Positions 16,871 to 25,949 of a stretch of DNA of 63,580 bases are shown one piece after another. The notes under the pieces were generated by a model that was given only the letters and a program-made list of their open reading frames with translations, had not been told where the DNA came from and searched no databases. The translations under genes and the position numbers were made by a program. Origin of the DNA: a virus; IMG/VR virus record IMGVR_UViG_3300025284_000001, positions 1 through 63,580 of that record; one strand, 5' to 3'. How positions within the stretch are numbered: the first letter of the stretch is position 1; the number at the start of each line of letters is the position of its first letter.

Positions 16871-17833
16871 TTATATTTTATTTACTCGTTTCACGTCGGG
16901 CGCGAGCCGGTGGAGAGGCGTTGCTTCCGCGTGTTGATGTTTCAAATCTTGATTCGCCAGGTTAACGTAATTTTCCGTCATCTTCAGCGTAGTGTGTCCG
17001 AGTAGATCCTTCAATGCGAAAACGTTCCCGTTACCGCGCAAGAAGTTTAGCGCAAAAGAATGACGAAGATCATACGGACGGATGTGTACCCCGAGCTTGT
17101 TGCAGTACATTTCCATACGGTCGCCCCACGTATGGCGCGTGAGATGCTTGCCTTCGTATGTGCAGAATATTGGCACGCTACTCCCCCATTCGGAAGGTCG
17201 GACGTGAATCAACCGTTTGATTGCCTTCACCGTTTTTGGTGAGAGCGGCAGTCTCCGAAATGTACGAGACTTCGCGGTTTCCTCGGGGATATACAGTTCC
17301 GACTCCTTCTCGCGAAAGTCTTCGGGAATTAGCCGAAATGCTTCGGATGGTCGAATACCTGTATCATAAGTAAGGAGAATTAATGTATAGTCGCGAAGCC
17401 CCGCAAAAGAACCTTGATCCGGCAATGTAAGAAGCTTCTTCAAAACATCGACGTCTATATCAACCTTGCGTCCCGTTGTTTTCTTTTTCTTTATTCCCGC
17501 AAGCGGATTTGATGACAGTTCGCTTTCTTCTACGCAATGATCGAGAAACGAGCGAAGATATACTAAGCGATTGTTGTACGTGGACGCCGCGATCTCTTCT
17601 GAGAGATGCGCAAAACATGAGTTTTTGAGTTCGTCGAATGAGTCCGGAGCATTCGGAAACCTCCGGAAAAAGAGGGATACGTGTTGCTGGTAATCGTTAA
17701 GAGTATGATCGGAGACTTTCTGTGCCCGTTTAAGGCGGAGGAAATCAGAGAGGAGAAACTTCCAGTCTAAACCACTTAAGTCGTCGTCTGCACTTATGCG
17801 TAATAATCGTGCCAAATAAAAAACCCCTTTCAC
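16871..17833 (-). CDS. int: Tyrosine recombinase / integrase
   Basis: 320 aa; catalytic Arg (DTGIRPSE), LRHSFA (H-x-x-R), LLGHT, TENYV (Tyr); start uncertain (GTG 17833 lacks RBS, TTG 17815 follows AAAGGGG). Confidence 0.9.
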   Translation of the reverse strand: MKGVFYLARLLRISADDDLSGLDWKFLLSDFLRLKRAQKVSDHTLNDYQQHVSLFFRRFPNAPDSFDELKNSCFAHLSEEIAASTYNNRLVYLRSFLDHCVEESELSSNPLAGIKKKKTTGRKVDIDVDVLKKLLTLPDQGSFAGLRDYTLILLTYDTGIRPSEAFRLIPEDFREKESELYIPEETAKSRTFRRLPLSPKTVKAIKRLIHVRPSEWGSSVPIFCTYEGKHLTRHTWGDRMEMYCNKLGVHIRPYDLRHSFALNFLRGNGNVFALKDLLGHTTLKMTENYVNLANQDLKHQHAEATPLHRLAPDVKRVNKI

Positions 17834-17882
17834 GTTATTCGCGAAGGGTTCTCGTAAAATGCTATCGAAATGCTGACGGATA

Positions 17883-18049
17883 TTTATGCAACGGAAGGCT
17901 ATCGTTTATGCAATCGTTATGCAAACGAATCTACGAATCTAGCAACGTTTTTTAAGTCCTGTGCGTCTGCCAATTCCGCCACCCCGGCATATAAAGCGCG
18001 TTGTTACGCGATTTGTACGCCATATTCCGTAATGCTTCCGTTTATGCAC
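17883..18049 (+). repeat. CGTT(T)ATGCAA motif cluster 1 (4 direct copies)
   Basis: TTTATGCAA 17883-91 and 17905-13, TTATGCAA 17917-24, TTTATGCAC 18041-49; same motif recurs at 45772-46017. Confidence 0.7.
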
Positions 18050-18334
18050 TCGTTAGGCTCACGAGGACTCTCCGCATTCGGATCATTTCGTTAGGACATT
18101 CTCGAAGAAGTCCTGTGAGTAAGATTATAGCACGGTATGCTTACGTGATGCAACATCTAAATTCGTAGAAAAATATTACAAAAATCCTGTGCGGTATTTT
18201 TCCTTCTATTATATATACACAGGATTACGAAAGTCCCGTTTAGGCATATCGTATAAATATTCGCGGAAAATAACATTGATCGAAATTAGGCACGGTATTA
18301 TAATAAGAACAAACGTTCCTGTCGACGCACAGGA
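17957..18334. repeat. TCCTGTG(C/A)G motif family (3 direct, 2 inverted copies)
   Basis: 17957-65, 18111-19, 18185-93; inverted 18218-24 and 18326-34; last pair forms TCCTGT-N6-ACAGGA at 18317-18334. Confidence 0.65.
18276..18304 (+). promoter_or_regulatory. sigma-A promoter TTGATC-17-TATAAT for the plus-strand cassette
   Basis: -35 at 18276-81, 17-nt spacer, consensus -10 at 18299-304; palindromic operator just downstream. Confidence 0.6.
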
Positions 18335-18362
18335 TCAAAAATCAAGCATGAGGTGATTAACG

Positions 18363-18761
18363 ATGCCTCCTACGATGGCAACCGGAGAGGAACTCGAATT
18401 GATTAAATCTTACGTACTACTCCCGATGATATTATCCGCATACGAACGCGATAAGCAGATTATCGAGGAGTCCGTGAGAAATCCGGAAATATATACGGAT
18501 ATGATTTCGGCCGCAATGGATCGCGTTACGAAGATGTTGACGGAAATTAGACGAGAGTTTCGAGCGCGCGGGATAAAGGTATACGAAATAACTCGCAATA
18601 TGGAAGGAATACGCGCGGATTTTGTGTGTCGCGGATATACGAGTAACATACGGATGTTGTGGTCGTTAGTGAGAGCGCAGGCTAACGAAAGGATGCGTGT
18701 ATACATGAGCGCGGATACAACAACGGGAAATCTAGATCTGCCGGAGCGTTTGCGGACATAG
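18363..18761 (+). CDS. hypothetical protein (132 aa)
   Basis: ORF track; GAGGTGA RBS 6 nt upstream; no motif recognised. Confidence 0.7.
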   Translation: MPPTMATGEELELIKSYVLLPMILSAYERDKQIIEESVRNPEIYTDMISAAMDRVTKMLTEIRREFRARGIKVYEITRNMEGIRADFVCRGYTSNIRMLWSLVRAQANERMRVYMSADTTTGNLDLPERLRT

Positions 18762-18889
18762 TTTTCCAATAAATTTATGCTGCGTTCGTATATTGTTCGG
18801 TTGTGCAACACAACCTATTTTGGTATATTTAAATCAACAACAAGATATGCGGATGAGCCGATAGGCCAGAAAAACTGGATGAGGAAGTA

Positions 18890-19240
18890 ATGAGAGGAGT
18901 CAGTCGTACTATGAAAATCAAGGTACTAAATACCACTCGTAGCCAGCCGTTAGAAAGCAGGTCACTAATCATTGCCGAGGATTGCTTAGCGAAAGAAGGA
19001 TTCTCAATTGCAGAGGAGTGTTATCCAGGTATTTGGGTGACGATGAATCTCGATGTTGTCGAGGTTGAATTAATACCAGTATCCCATCCTTACCTTTCAG
19101 ATGCCAAACAAGCAAACTCGCATGACATTTCGGATATTTACTCCTATGTGGGTGGACGAAAAGGAGCTGAACAGATGTTGCAGAGATTAATCGAAGAGAT
19201 GACAGAAAAAGGAATCGAGTTTGTGCGCGAGGGAAACTAA
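18890..19240 (+). CDS. hypothetical protein (116 aa; likely starts at ATG 18911)
   Basis: ORF track; GAGAGGAG upstream of 18911. Confidence 0.6.
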   Translation: MRGVSRTMKIKVLNTTRSQPLESRSLIIAEDCLAKEGFSIAEECYPGIWVTMNLDVVEVELIPVSHPYLSDAKQANSHDISDIYSYVGGRKGAEQMLQRLIEEMTEKGIEFVREGN

Positions 19241-19254
19241 CACAGCCCCTCGAA

Positions 19255-19446
19255 TTGATTGGCGCGGCAGGATTCGCCAAGCTCCTAAACACGACTCAGC
19301 AAAACGTTAGTAAATCCGGGAAACGAGCACTCGAATCCGATTATCGCGGGGACATGTTACGACCGGATGCGGTCTGCGAGGGGCGGCCGCTGTGGATTAA
19401 AGTAAAAGCCGAAGAATATGCGATGAAAAGCCGCGAGGAACGTTAG
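19255..19446 (+). CDS. small DNA-binding-like protein (possible Xis/HTH)
   Basis: 63 aa; AAGFAKLLNTTQQNVSKS resembles an HTH; TTG start without clear RBS. Confidence 0.4.
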   Translation: MIGAAGFAKLLNTTQQNVSKSGKRALESDYRGDMLRPDAVCEGRPLWIKVKAEEYAMKSREER

Positions 19447-19500
19447 CTCCCCGACGGCTTTTTCGTTTGCACCGGTGCTTCCGGATACATTTCCATTATA

Positions 19501-20172
19501 TCACATTACCGCGACGATAGAATAGACATTTCGTCCATCTCCGCGCAATCTCACGCTATCACAACGCATTTGCGACGATCCGGAACCGTCGAGGAATATT
19601 CCGTCGACTAACGTGCCACTCCCGATTCTCTCCTTTATGGCTGCGCGAAACTGCGACGCAGTACACGGTGTATTCGTAACGACTAACCAAACGCTCAGGC
19701 CGGAGCCGTAAACGAGTGCCGTCCGATACACACTCGCAGTCATGCTCGGCATGTTCTGAGCGCGGGCAATCCCTTCCCAACCAGCATCGTCCCGCAATGA
19801 CATCGAGATCCCACCTTGTGCCCAATAGCGCGAACGATCGGATACGACGATATCACTCGCAGAACTAACGACCTGGACGGAATACTTCCGCGCAGCTGCG
19901 TCCCACACGAGAGTTCCCCGCGCATATTTAGCGTTGAACCATCCACTTCCGTATGCGCCACGCTTGCCCGCGACTGGCATATCGTTCTGTACCGCGATGG
20001 AAAGTACATCGCCGCTGCCGAAACTAAAAAAGCCGCCATTGACGGCGACATCTGAGCGTGAGTACACGTTTGAACGATTGGATTTTAGCGCGATGTTGTT
20101 TGGTGACGTTTTAATCGCGTGCAGTACGACGCCATTGGACGCGACACATTTCGTATAGTTGTAATTACTCAC
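19501..20172 (-). CDS. Phosphodiester glycosidase (DUF2233/NAGPA-like) lysis accessory enzyme
   Basis: Trimmed to GTG 20172 (GGAG RBS); VNGGFFSFGSG and LDGSGSSQM motifs. Confidence 0.65.
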   Translation of the reverse strand: MSNYNYTKCVASNGVVLHAIKTSPNNIALKSNRSNVYSRSDVAVNGGFFSFGSGDVLSIAVQNDMPVAGKRGAYGSGWFNAKYARGTLVWDAAARKYSVQVVSSASDIVVSDRSRYWAQGGISMSLRDDAGWEGIARAQNMPSMTASVYRTALVYGSGLSVWLVVTNTPCTASQFRAAIKERIGSGTLVDGIFLDGSGSSQMRCDSVRLRGDGRNVYSIVAVM

Positions 20173-20389
20173 GCGAATCTCCTTCCGACTTCTCCTCGCG
20201 CTTACCATCGACGTAAGCCTCCGCGAAGATATACGCAATCACCGCACCAACTGCGCCAATCACTCCGGTAACTTGAACGATTGCTTCCTCGCCTGCTCCG
20301 AATGCAACGAGGACACTCGTCCCTAGCGCGGCCACTAGTGCCCAAAACTTCCGACTTGCGAGTTTACGCGTCCAATTAATCTTTTCCAT
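20165..20389 (-). CDS. holin-like membrane protein
   Basis: 74 aa; two hydrophobic spans (FWALVAALGTSVLVAF, VTGVIGAVGAVIAYIFA), charged C-terminus; directly after the amidase. Confidence 0.6.
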   Translation of the reverse strand: MEKINWTRKLASRKFWALVAALGTSVLVAFGAGEEAIVQVTGVIGAVGAVIAYIFAEAYVDGKREEKSEGDSRE

Positions 20390-20391
20390 CG

Positions 20392-21078
20392 TTACTTCGC
20401 TCCCTTTGTCGTTATTTTCACGGTCTTCGTGATGTTATCCCACGATATCGTTGCGCCAATTGCCAACGCAACCGCACGCCCCGGAAAGTATGTAACGCCG
20501 TCGATGATGATCCCGTCGTCGATGCGCTTGCCGTCGACATACAGCTTCGCGGATGTGGTCGGAGTCGTTGGCGGCTTCACTTCCGTTTTCAATCGCTTTT
20601 CCACCTCCGCTTTAAATGCGAACCAGCCCGTCCATTTACCACCGTCGTACATCTTGCTCGGGCAAATTTTCCCCGACCAATCGAAATGGCGGCGCAGTCT
20701 ATCAACGCCCCATCCGCGTTCTTTCAGCATCTTGGCTACGAGGTCGGCCGCATTTTCGAGAGTCTTCGCGTAGTTTCCACTCTCGCAAATCTCGATGCCG
20801 ATAGACTTCCGATTACCATCGCCATTTCCGTCTCCTGCGTGCCATGCGTTTTCATTGAGCGGCAACACTTCGATGGCATCGTGTTCATCGACGACGATGT
20901 GATACGATGCTGTCCGGCCGTTAGATGGATTCGTCAACCACGCACGTTCATTTCGCGCGGTGGACGTTGGGTTCCCCGTATTGTGAATCGTAATCGTCGT
21001 CGCGGACATTGCGTTTCCTGGACGGCGATTACACGGAGTATTGCGTGGTATATGGTCGATTCGATATTCGTAATTCAT
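20392..21078 (-). CDS. N-acetylmuramoyl-L-alanine amidase endolysin
   Basis: Amidase_2-type ITIHNTGNP, AWHAGDG, IGIEICE; C-terminal Cu-amine-oxidase-N1-like wall-binding segment. Confidence 0.9.
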   Translation of the reverse strand: MNYEYRIDHIPRNTPCNRRPGNAMSATTITIHNTGNPTSTARNERAWLTNPSNGRTASYHIVVDEHDAIEVLPLNENAWHAGDGNGDGNRKSIGIEICESGNYAKTLENAADLVAKMLKERGWGVDRLRRHFDWSGKICPSKMYDGGKWTGWFAFKAEVEKRLKTEVKPPTTPTTSAKLYVDGKRIDDGIIIDGVTYFPGRAVALAIGATISWDNITKTVKITTKGAK

Positions 21079-21082
21079 ACGA

Positions 21083-21289
21083 TTATTCCCCCTTGTCTCG
21101 TGGTAAGCGTTCTTTCATGTCGCGAATCTCTCCGATAATGAGATCGTATTTCTCGGAGAATTTGTCGAGCAAATCTTGCAAACGTCCCTCGCGCTCTCGA
21201 TTCGTTTTCATGACGTAGATTAAGAGCCAAACAAAAAGAGCCGCGAACGGCCCTTGCGTAAGAAAATATTTAAGCATGTCGATCTCCAT
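21083..21289 (-). CDS. bhlA: BhlA/UviB-family holin-like protein
   Basis: 68 aa; LTQGPFAALFVWLLIYVMKTNREREGRL matches my memory of BhlA (TQGPFAVLFCWLLFYVMKTSKERE). Confidence 0.75.
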   Translation of the reverse strand: MEIDMLKYFLTQGPFAALFVWLLIYVMKTNREREGRLQDLLDKFSEKYDLIIGEIRDMKERLPRDKGE

Positions 21290-21292
21290 CCG

Positions 21293-21487
21293 TTACACCT
21301 CCGTCTCCTCCGCAATATCCTTCGATTCAATATCCGCGAGAGCCATTGCGATTTGCTCGTCCAATGCGCGTAGGATTTCCGTTTGCTTGTCCGGATGGCA
21401 TCCGATGACGGACGAGATTACCGCGGCAAGCTCCGGAACCGGATCGGATATGTCGATAGTGCATTCGATAAGCTGTCGTAGTTTCAT
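21293..21487 (-). CDS. hypothetical protein (64 aa)
   Basis: ORF track. Confidence 0.5.
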   Translation of the reverse strand: MKLRQLIECTIDISDPVPELAAVISSVIGCHPDKQTEILRALDEQIAMALADIESKDIAEETEV

Positions 21488-21579
21488 ATGAATCGCGTCT
21501 CCTTTTTTGGAATTATTTGAAGGTATTCTTGATTCCGTGTCGAATTAATAACCGCCCAATCAAGATAGGAGGTTGTAAA

Positions 21580-22020
21580 ATGCAAGACCTGGAAATTAGA
21601 TCAAAAGTCGTAGACAACAAGATAGACATTAAAGAATTAAGCCTTTATGCATTCAGCGAAGGAATCGCTGGTGTTCGATCCGGTGATATTACAACTCTCA
21701 AACTAGACGAGGGTTCAAGAGTGTTGCTTTATGTTCCTTTTGGAATTTTCGAGTGTGATATTATTTTAGGGAAGGATGAAGGAGCAGCGTTTGATTATCT
21801 CCACGATTTTGTTCTTCCAGTAAGAAATGGTTTTATTCGAGAAGCAGAAGAACGTATAGGACCAGAAAATTCCAACATCGTTAATGGGTCGGAAATTCTA
21901 CATTTAAAAGACGTAATCTTTATGCCGTATGCTCATCCAGGAACTAGGACGGAAATGAGCAGGATGTACGTTTTCTCTGACCAGATAATAGGCTTCAGTA
22001 TTGGAAAGTTGAACAAATAG
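21580..22020 (+). CDS. hypothetical protein on the opposite strand (moron)
   Basis: Trimmed to ATG 21580 (AGGAGG 7 nt upstream); 146 aa; visibly AT-rich. Confidence 0.6.
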   Translation: MQDLEIRSKVVDNKIDIKELSLYAFSEGIAGVRSGDITTLKLDEGSRVLLYVPFGIFECDIILGKDEGAAFDYLHDFVLPVRNGFIREAEERIGPENSNIVNGSEILHLKDVIFMPYAHPGTRTEMSRMYVFSDQIIGFSIGKLNK

Positions 22021-22036
22021 TCTTTCGTTATTGACA

Positions 22037-22456
22037 TTATCCATACAAAAGCTTGATTGGGCACATTCGTTCTGTTTCTGCGAAAAGCGTGTGAACATCA
22101 CAACCATCGTTGAGGCCGACCTCAGTTACCGATATTGTTATCTTGCTTCCCTCGTCTGGAATCCTTTTCGTGAGAACATCGTAGTCAACATGTACTTTAC
22201 GTAGCTGATCAGCTACTCGGGTTCTTTCCTCGAATAATTCGTAGACACCATACGATTTGTCTTCGGATCTCATCGCTTCCTCTTTCTCATACATAATGAA
22301 CCCTGCGCGATCAAACGTATCCGAATCTAGGCGCAGGTACGATTCAAACTCGAAATCATCGTCCTGTGACGCGATTAACACCGTCAATGCCTGTTCGTTA
22401 GGCGCGCATACCAAGCTTCGATCTCCGTTCTTCTCCGTTACGATAAAATATTGCAT
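22037..22456 (-). CDS. hypothetical protein (139 aa)
   Basis: ORF track; GGAGGGATGACGAT RBS region. Confidence 0.6.
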   Translation of the reverse strand: MQYFIVTEKNGDRSLVCAPNEQALTVLIASQDDDFEFESYLRLDSDTFDRAGFIMYEKEEAMRSEDKSYGVYELFEERTRVADQLRKVHVDYDVLTKRIPDEGSKITISVTEVGLNDGCDVHTLFAETERMCPIKLLYG

Positions 22457-22488
22457 ATCGTCATCCCTCCGTTATATTTTCGTTGGGC

Positions 22489-22521
22489 AAAAGAAAAAGC
22501 CCACGGTTGGATTCCGTGAGC
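22489..22521 (-). terminator. Intrinsic terminator after 22542..23111
   Basis: Minus sense GCTCACGG-aatccaa-CCGTGGGC followed by TTTTTCTTTT. Confidence 0.65.
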
Positions 22522-22541
22522 TTAGTCGATTACTATTCGTT

Positions 22542-23111
22542 TTATTTTGCTGTTTCGAGTGCTTCGTTAACTAGGCGGAGTTCCTCGTTTGCCTTTTCGA
22601 TGATTTCGTCGTACGAACGTATTTGTTTTTCTGTACTCACGATTGCAGGCGAAGGCTCCGCACCTTCCCACGATTTTTTCAATTCGTCCAGTCCCGCGAC
22701 GAGACGTGCTCGTTCTTCAGTTCTTGGCTTGAGTGTATTAGTTTCAAGACTTGCTTTTAGTTCTTCTAAGCTTTTCTTTGACCCACCGATATATTTGTTT
22801 GAATCAGTAGAAGTCTCAGAAGAACTTCCAGCGGACGGTCTTTCTTCTTTCTCTAGTGTTACTAATATCTTTTTCCCCTCCACCTTTATATCAGCTCCTA
22901 TTGCATTTGCTAGGGAGCGCACCGGTACGTTCGCACGTCCGTTAATGGCCGCACCTTTATCTTGCAGTACCTTTCCGTTAACAACGACATCATACTCCGC
23001 GGTTACTTGCTTTCCAACTAATGTCTTTACCTGTTCCGCAAATACACTTCCGGCGGTGGCAACTAGTGCGCCGATGACAACTCCACTTAATAAGTAAGTC
23101 CACTTTTTCAT
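22542..23111 (-). CDS. secreted protein with Cu-amine-oxidase-N1-like domain and coiled coil
   Basis: 189 aa; signal-like MKKWTYLLSGVVIGALVATAGSVFA; VVVNGKVL...VPVRSLANAIGADIKVEG. Confidence 0.65.
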   Translation of the reverse strand: MKKWTYLLSGVVIGALVATAGSVFAEQVKTLVGKQVTAEYDVVVNGKVLQDKGAAINGRANVPVRSLANAIGADIKVEGKKILVTLEKEERPSAGSSSETSTDSNKYIGGSKKSLEELKASLETNTLKPRTEERARLVAGLDELKKSWEGAEPSPAIVSTEKQIRSYDEIIEKANEELRLVNEALETAK

Positions 23112-23152
23112 ATCAGTCTACCTCCGTTGGATTATTTATCCTCATATTATCA

Positions 23153-25390
23153 CTACGGAGTAGTCGACGTAAATGTTCCACCACCAGAATTTTCGTTTTG
23201 CGGATTGCCGTGATTATGATTTGGAACAGAAACAGAATGTCGGTGATTATTATGAGCGGATCTAAGAGAATCTATCTGAGACTGTAGTGAAGTTAATTGC
23301 GCGCCTAGTCCTCGAATGTTTTCAATTTCAAGTGACAACCCTCCGACGTTCCCATTAAATTGAACGCTGCTATTAAACGTTGAAGGCCCTGCGAATCGCG
23401 CAGCTCCGTTCATCCGGATAGGATTCGAAGTGTCATTCGAACCGATCATTATATCGCTTCCGTATATCGTGAGTTGGCTCGATGAGTTGTACGAGTTGAT
23501 CTCCCCGACATGGTTTCCGCTAGAACCGTAGAACGATATCGCAGATACTCCGGAATCTGATCCGGTGTTAATAACGATGCGATTTCGTCCTCCTCCGTCA
23601 TATGTTCGCAGTCCGCTACCGTCTACCTCTATGCGCCGACCACTCGCTGATGTACGAATTAATGAACCAGTAATCGTTCCGCCAGTAAACGTCGATGCCG
23701 AAATATCCCCGCGAAACTGGCCGTTACCTGCGTACATGTTTCCGTTTCGGTCAACCGTAAACTGACCGTTACCGACGTTAATACTCGAACCAGTAATTGC
23801 ACCGTCCTGGAAGTTGGACGAGAATATCTTCGCATAATTAGCCGTCAGACTGTTTGCAACGAGATTCCCTTTCATGTCGAGTCTAAACGGAGCTGACGAC
23901 CAATTCGCGTGACCGGCCGCGATACCGTTTGTGTTAATCTGCACCACGTCGTTCCCCGCGCCTATGAGCATCGATACGAAGCTACCGAGCTGTCCGACGA
24001 TTTGTTCCGCGACAATCCCACGAGCAGTTATCGCAGCTCTCGCGGATTGCAATCCATCAGTGGATATGACAATGCCGTTCGATGTCAACGCGACTTGATT
24101 TCGATTGTCCGTCTTGTCGATGAGGATAATCCCACGATCATCGTATTTAATCTCCGTCTTCGACGCGTGGATGTCCTGTACGGCGAGCTTGGCGAAGTTC
24201 TCAAACACGTCCGTTCGAATCCGTCCGCCCGAGAACATATTATCGACCACACGTTTGCTCCGTTCCAAGTCCGCGATGATATCTTGGTAATCGCGAAGCA
24301 TGACGTTTGAAACGGTGACTTGCGCATGCTTGTCGAGCGCGAACGGGTACTCCGTCAACTCCGTTATCCGCGCGGATGTGTGATCGAGTCCGAGTTCCGG
24401 GTCGATGCACTTAACCATATCACCAAGCCCCGGACGCGGCTCCGTCTTGTCGAGCTTGAATAGGTCAGCGGCGGACACTGCGACTTCCAAAGACGGAACC
24501 TCTTGCTCGCGTAATGCCTTCCGAGTCGCTTCGAGAAGCTTCACGGGATCTTCGAGATCCTGTTCAATAATCTCGCCGTCGAAATATAGAATGGACTCCG
24601 ATGCCCAATACGCTTGATACGGCGAGATAAGATAGTTCACGGCAAGCTTTCCGTTGGCGATTGCGCCAGGAATCTGTAAAAGGAGCGCGCGTTCCTCATC
24701 GGTCAAATACGACGCGTCCAATCCGATGAATGTCCGGCCGTCCTTCATTTGCGCGTACATACGTGTGACAAGTGAGCCGACTTCATCGCGAAAGTTCGTC
24801 GATACGATATTCTTCCGGATACGATACTGCAATCCGTTGTCCTCGCCGATTTTCTTCCGCAGATGGATAACGAAATTATCCGGATCAACTTCGACGCGAT
24901 ACATTTTGATGACGTCATTCAACGCCTGGAGCGCATTGCCTCGACCCCAGTCTTTTACATCGTATAGGTCGAAGGAATCGTCGATGGAGAACCGGAACTT
25001 TCCGTTAGTCGCCGCCGATATCGCGTCAGTCAGCCGTGAAACATGAACGCCGTACGCCTCGGAAATATACGAGGAATACGGCATTTTGTAATCGGTCAAT
25101 TTGAACACTACGTGAGTGGCGACGATGTTCGCCGTCAACTTGCGACCATCTCGTACACGTTGTCGCGAGTTAATGACGTAATACTGTCCGCGTTCATCTC
25201 GCACATGTCCCTTGAGTTGTACTTTATCGCGGAAGTCCGCGCTAGTCATCGGCAATAAAAAAGACAGCTCATAGTCGGAATTGAGCCGTCTTCGCCGTTG
25301 TATATCCGTTGCATCGACGAGAATGCCGACGCGCCGCATGTTTTTATCATAGGTTTCGAGGTACGAACGCAATCGTACACCTCCCGTCAA
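23153..25390 (-). CDS. Tail-tip / tail-fibre protein (Tal-like, prophage tail endopeptidase-type N-terminus)
   Basis: 745 aa; last large tail gene; C-terminal HNNHRHSVSVPNHNHGN His-x-His tract typical of fibre tips. Confidence 0.65.
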   Translation of the reverse strand: MTGGVRLRSYLETYDKNMRRVGILVDATDIQRRRRLNSDYELSFLLPMTSADFRDKVQLKGHVRDERGQYYVINSRQRVRDGRKLTANIVATHVVFKLTDYKMPYSSYISEAYGVHVSRLTDAISAATNGKFRFSIDDSFDLYDVKDWGRGNALQALNDVIKMYRVEVDPDNFVIHLRKKIGEDNGLQYRIRKNIVSTNFRDEVGSLVTRMYAQMKDGRTFIGLDASYLTDEERALLLQIPGAIANGKLAVNYLISPYQAYWASESILYFDGEIIEQDLEDPVKLLEATRKALREQEVPSLEVAVSAADLFKLDKTEPRPGLGDMVKCIDPELGLDHTSARITELTEYPFALDKHAQVTVSNVMLRDYQDIIADLERSKRVVDNMFSGGRIRTDVFENFAKLAVQDIHASKTEIKYDDRGIILIDKTDNRNQVALTSNGIVISTDGLQSARAAITARGIVAEQIVGQLGSFVSMLIGAGNDVVQINTNGIAAGHANWSSAPFRLDMKGNLVANSLTANYAKIFSSNFQDGAITGSSINVGNGQFTVDRNGNMYAGNGQFRGDISASTFTGGTITGSLIRTSASGRRIEVDGSGLRTYDGGGRNRIVINTGSDSGVSAISFYGSSGNHVGEINSYNSSSQLTIYGSDIMIGSNDTSNPIRMNGAARFAGPSTFNSSVQFNGNVGGLSLEIENIRGLGAQLTSLQSQIDSLRSAHNNHRHSVSVPNHNHGNPQNENSGGGTFTSTTP

Positions 25391-25905
25391 TACAAGAATT
25401 TGTCGCGGTGCGTGATCCGCGTTAATATGTTCCGCGCACCTTCTCCGTCTGAATACGTGATTTTGTTTGTCCCGAGTACCAATTCGAAGAAGTCGCCGTC
25501 CAACAAGTGAATCGCGTTTTGCCCGTTCAAAGTAACGGTCATTTTCCGCGTGTCGATAACGAGCTTGTCCCCCGGCCTAAAGTCGCCAAGGAAACGTATT
25601 TCGTCTACGTGCGAATGAGTGACGGTAACATCGAAGGAGGTTGCTGAATCCACATGCGAAGTATGTAGCAACCTTTCGCGAATCAATTGCGTAATAAGTT
25701 CAGCAGCCGTTTCGATCACCGTTGAATCGAGAGTATATTCCCGCAACATCGAGGACGTCATTTCGCTGGTACTTTCGAAAACAATAGCGACTGGCATGTC
25801 GATACTCAGTCTCGCGGATATACCCGTCTGAGATTCAATCATAACGTTAAAGTATGTCTCTGCGGTGAAAGCTCCGTTAAATGGAATTAGGTTAAATGAA
25901 AACAT
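25387..25905 (-). CDS. tail protein with Dit C-terminal-like domain
   Basis: 172 aa; IRFLGDFRPGDKLVIDTRKMTVTLNGQNAIHLLDGDFFELVLGTNKITY; 4-nt overlap with Tal-like gene. Confidence 0.55.
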   Translation of the reverse strand: MFSFNLIPFNGAFTAETYFNVMIESQTGISARLSIDMPVAIVFESTSEMTSSMLREYTLDSTVIETAAELITQLIRERLLHTSHVDSATSFDVTVTHSHVDEIRFLGDFRPGDKLVIDTRKMTVTLNGQNAIHLLDGDFFELVLGTNKITYSDGEGARNILTRITHRDKFLY

Positions 25906-25915
25906 TATACCTCCT

Positions 25916-25944
25916 AAAAAAATAACGCCCCCGCGGACGTTATT
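25916..25944 (-). terminator. Intrinsic terminator after the acyltransferase moron
   Basis: AATAACG...CGTTATT stem followed by a 7-T run on the minus strand. Confidence 0.7.
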
Positions 25945-25949
25945 GATTA

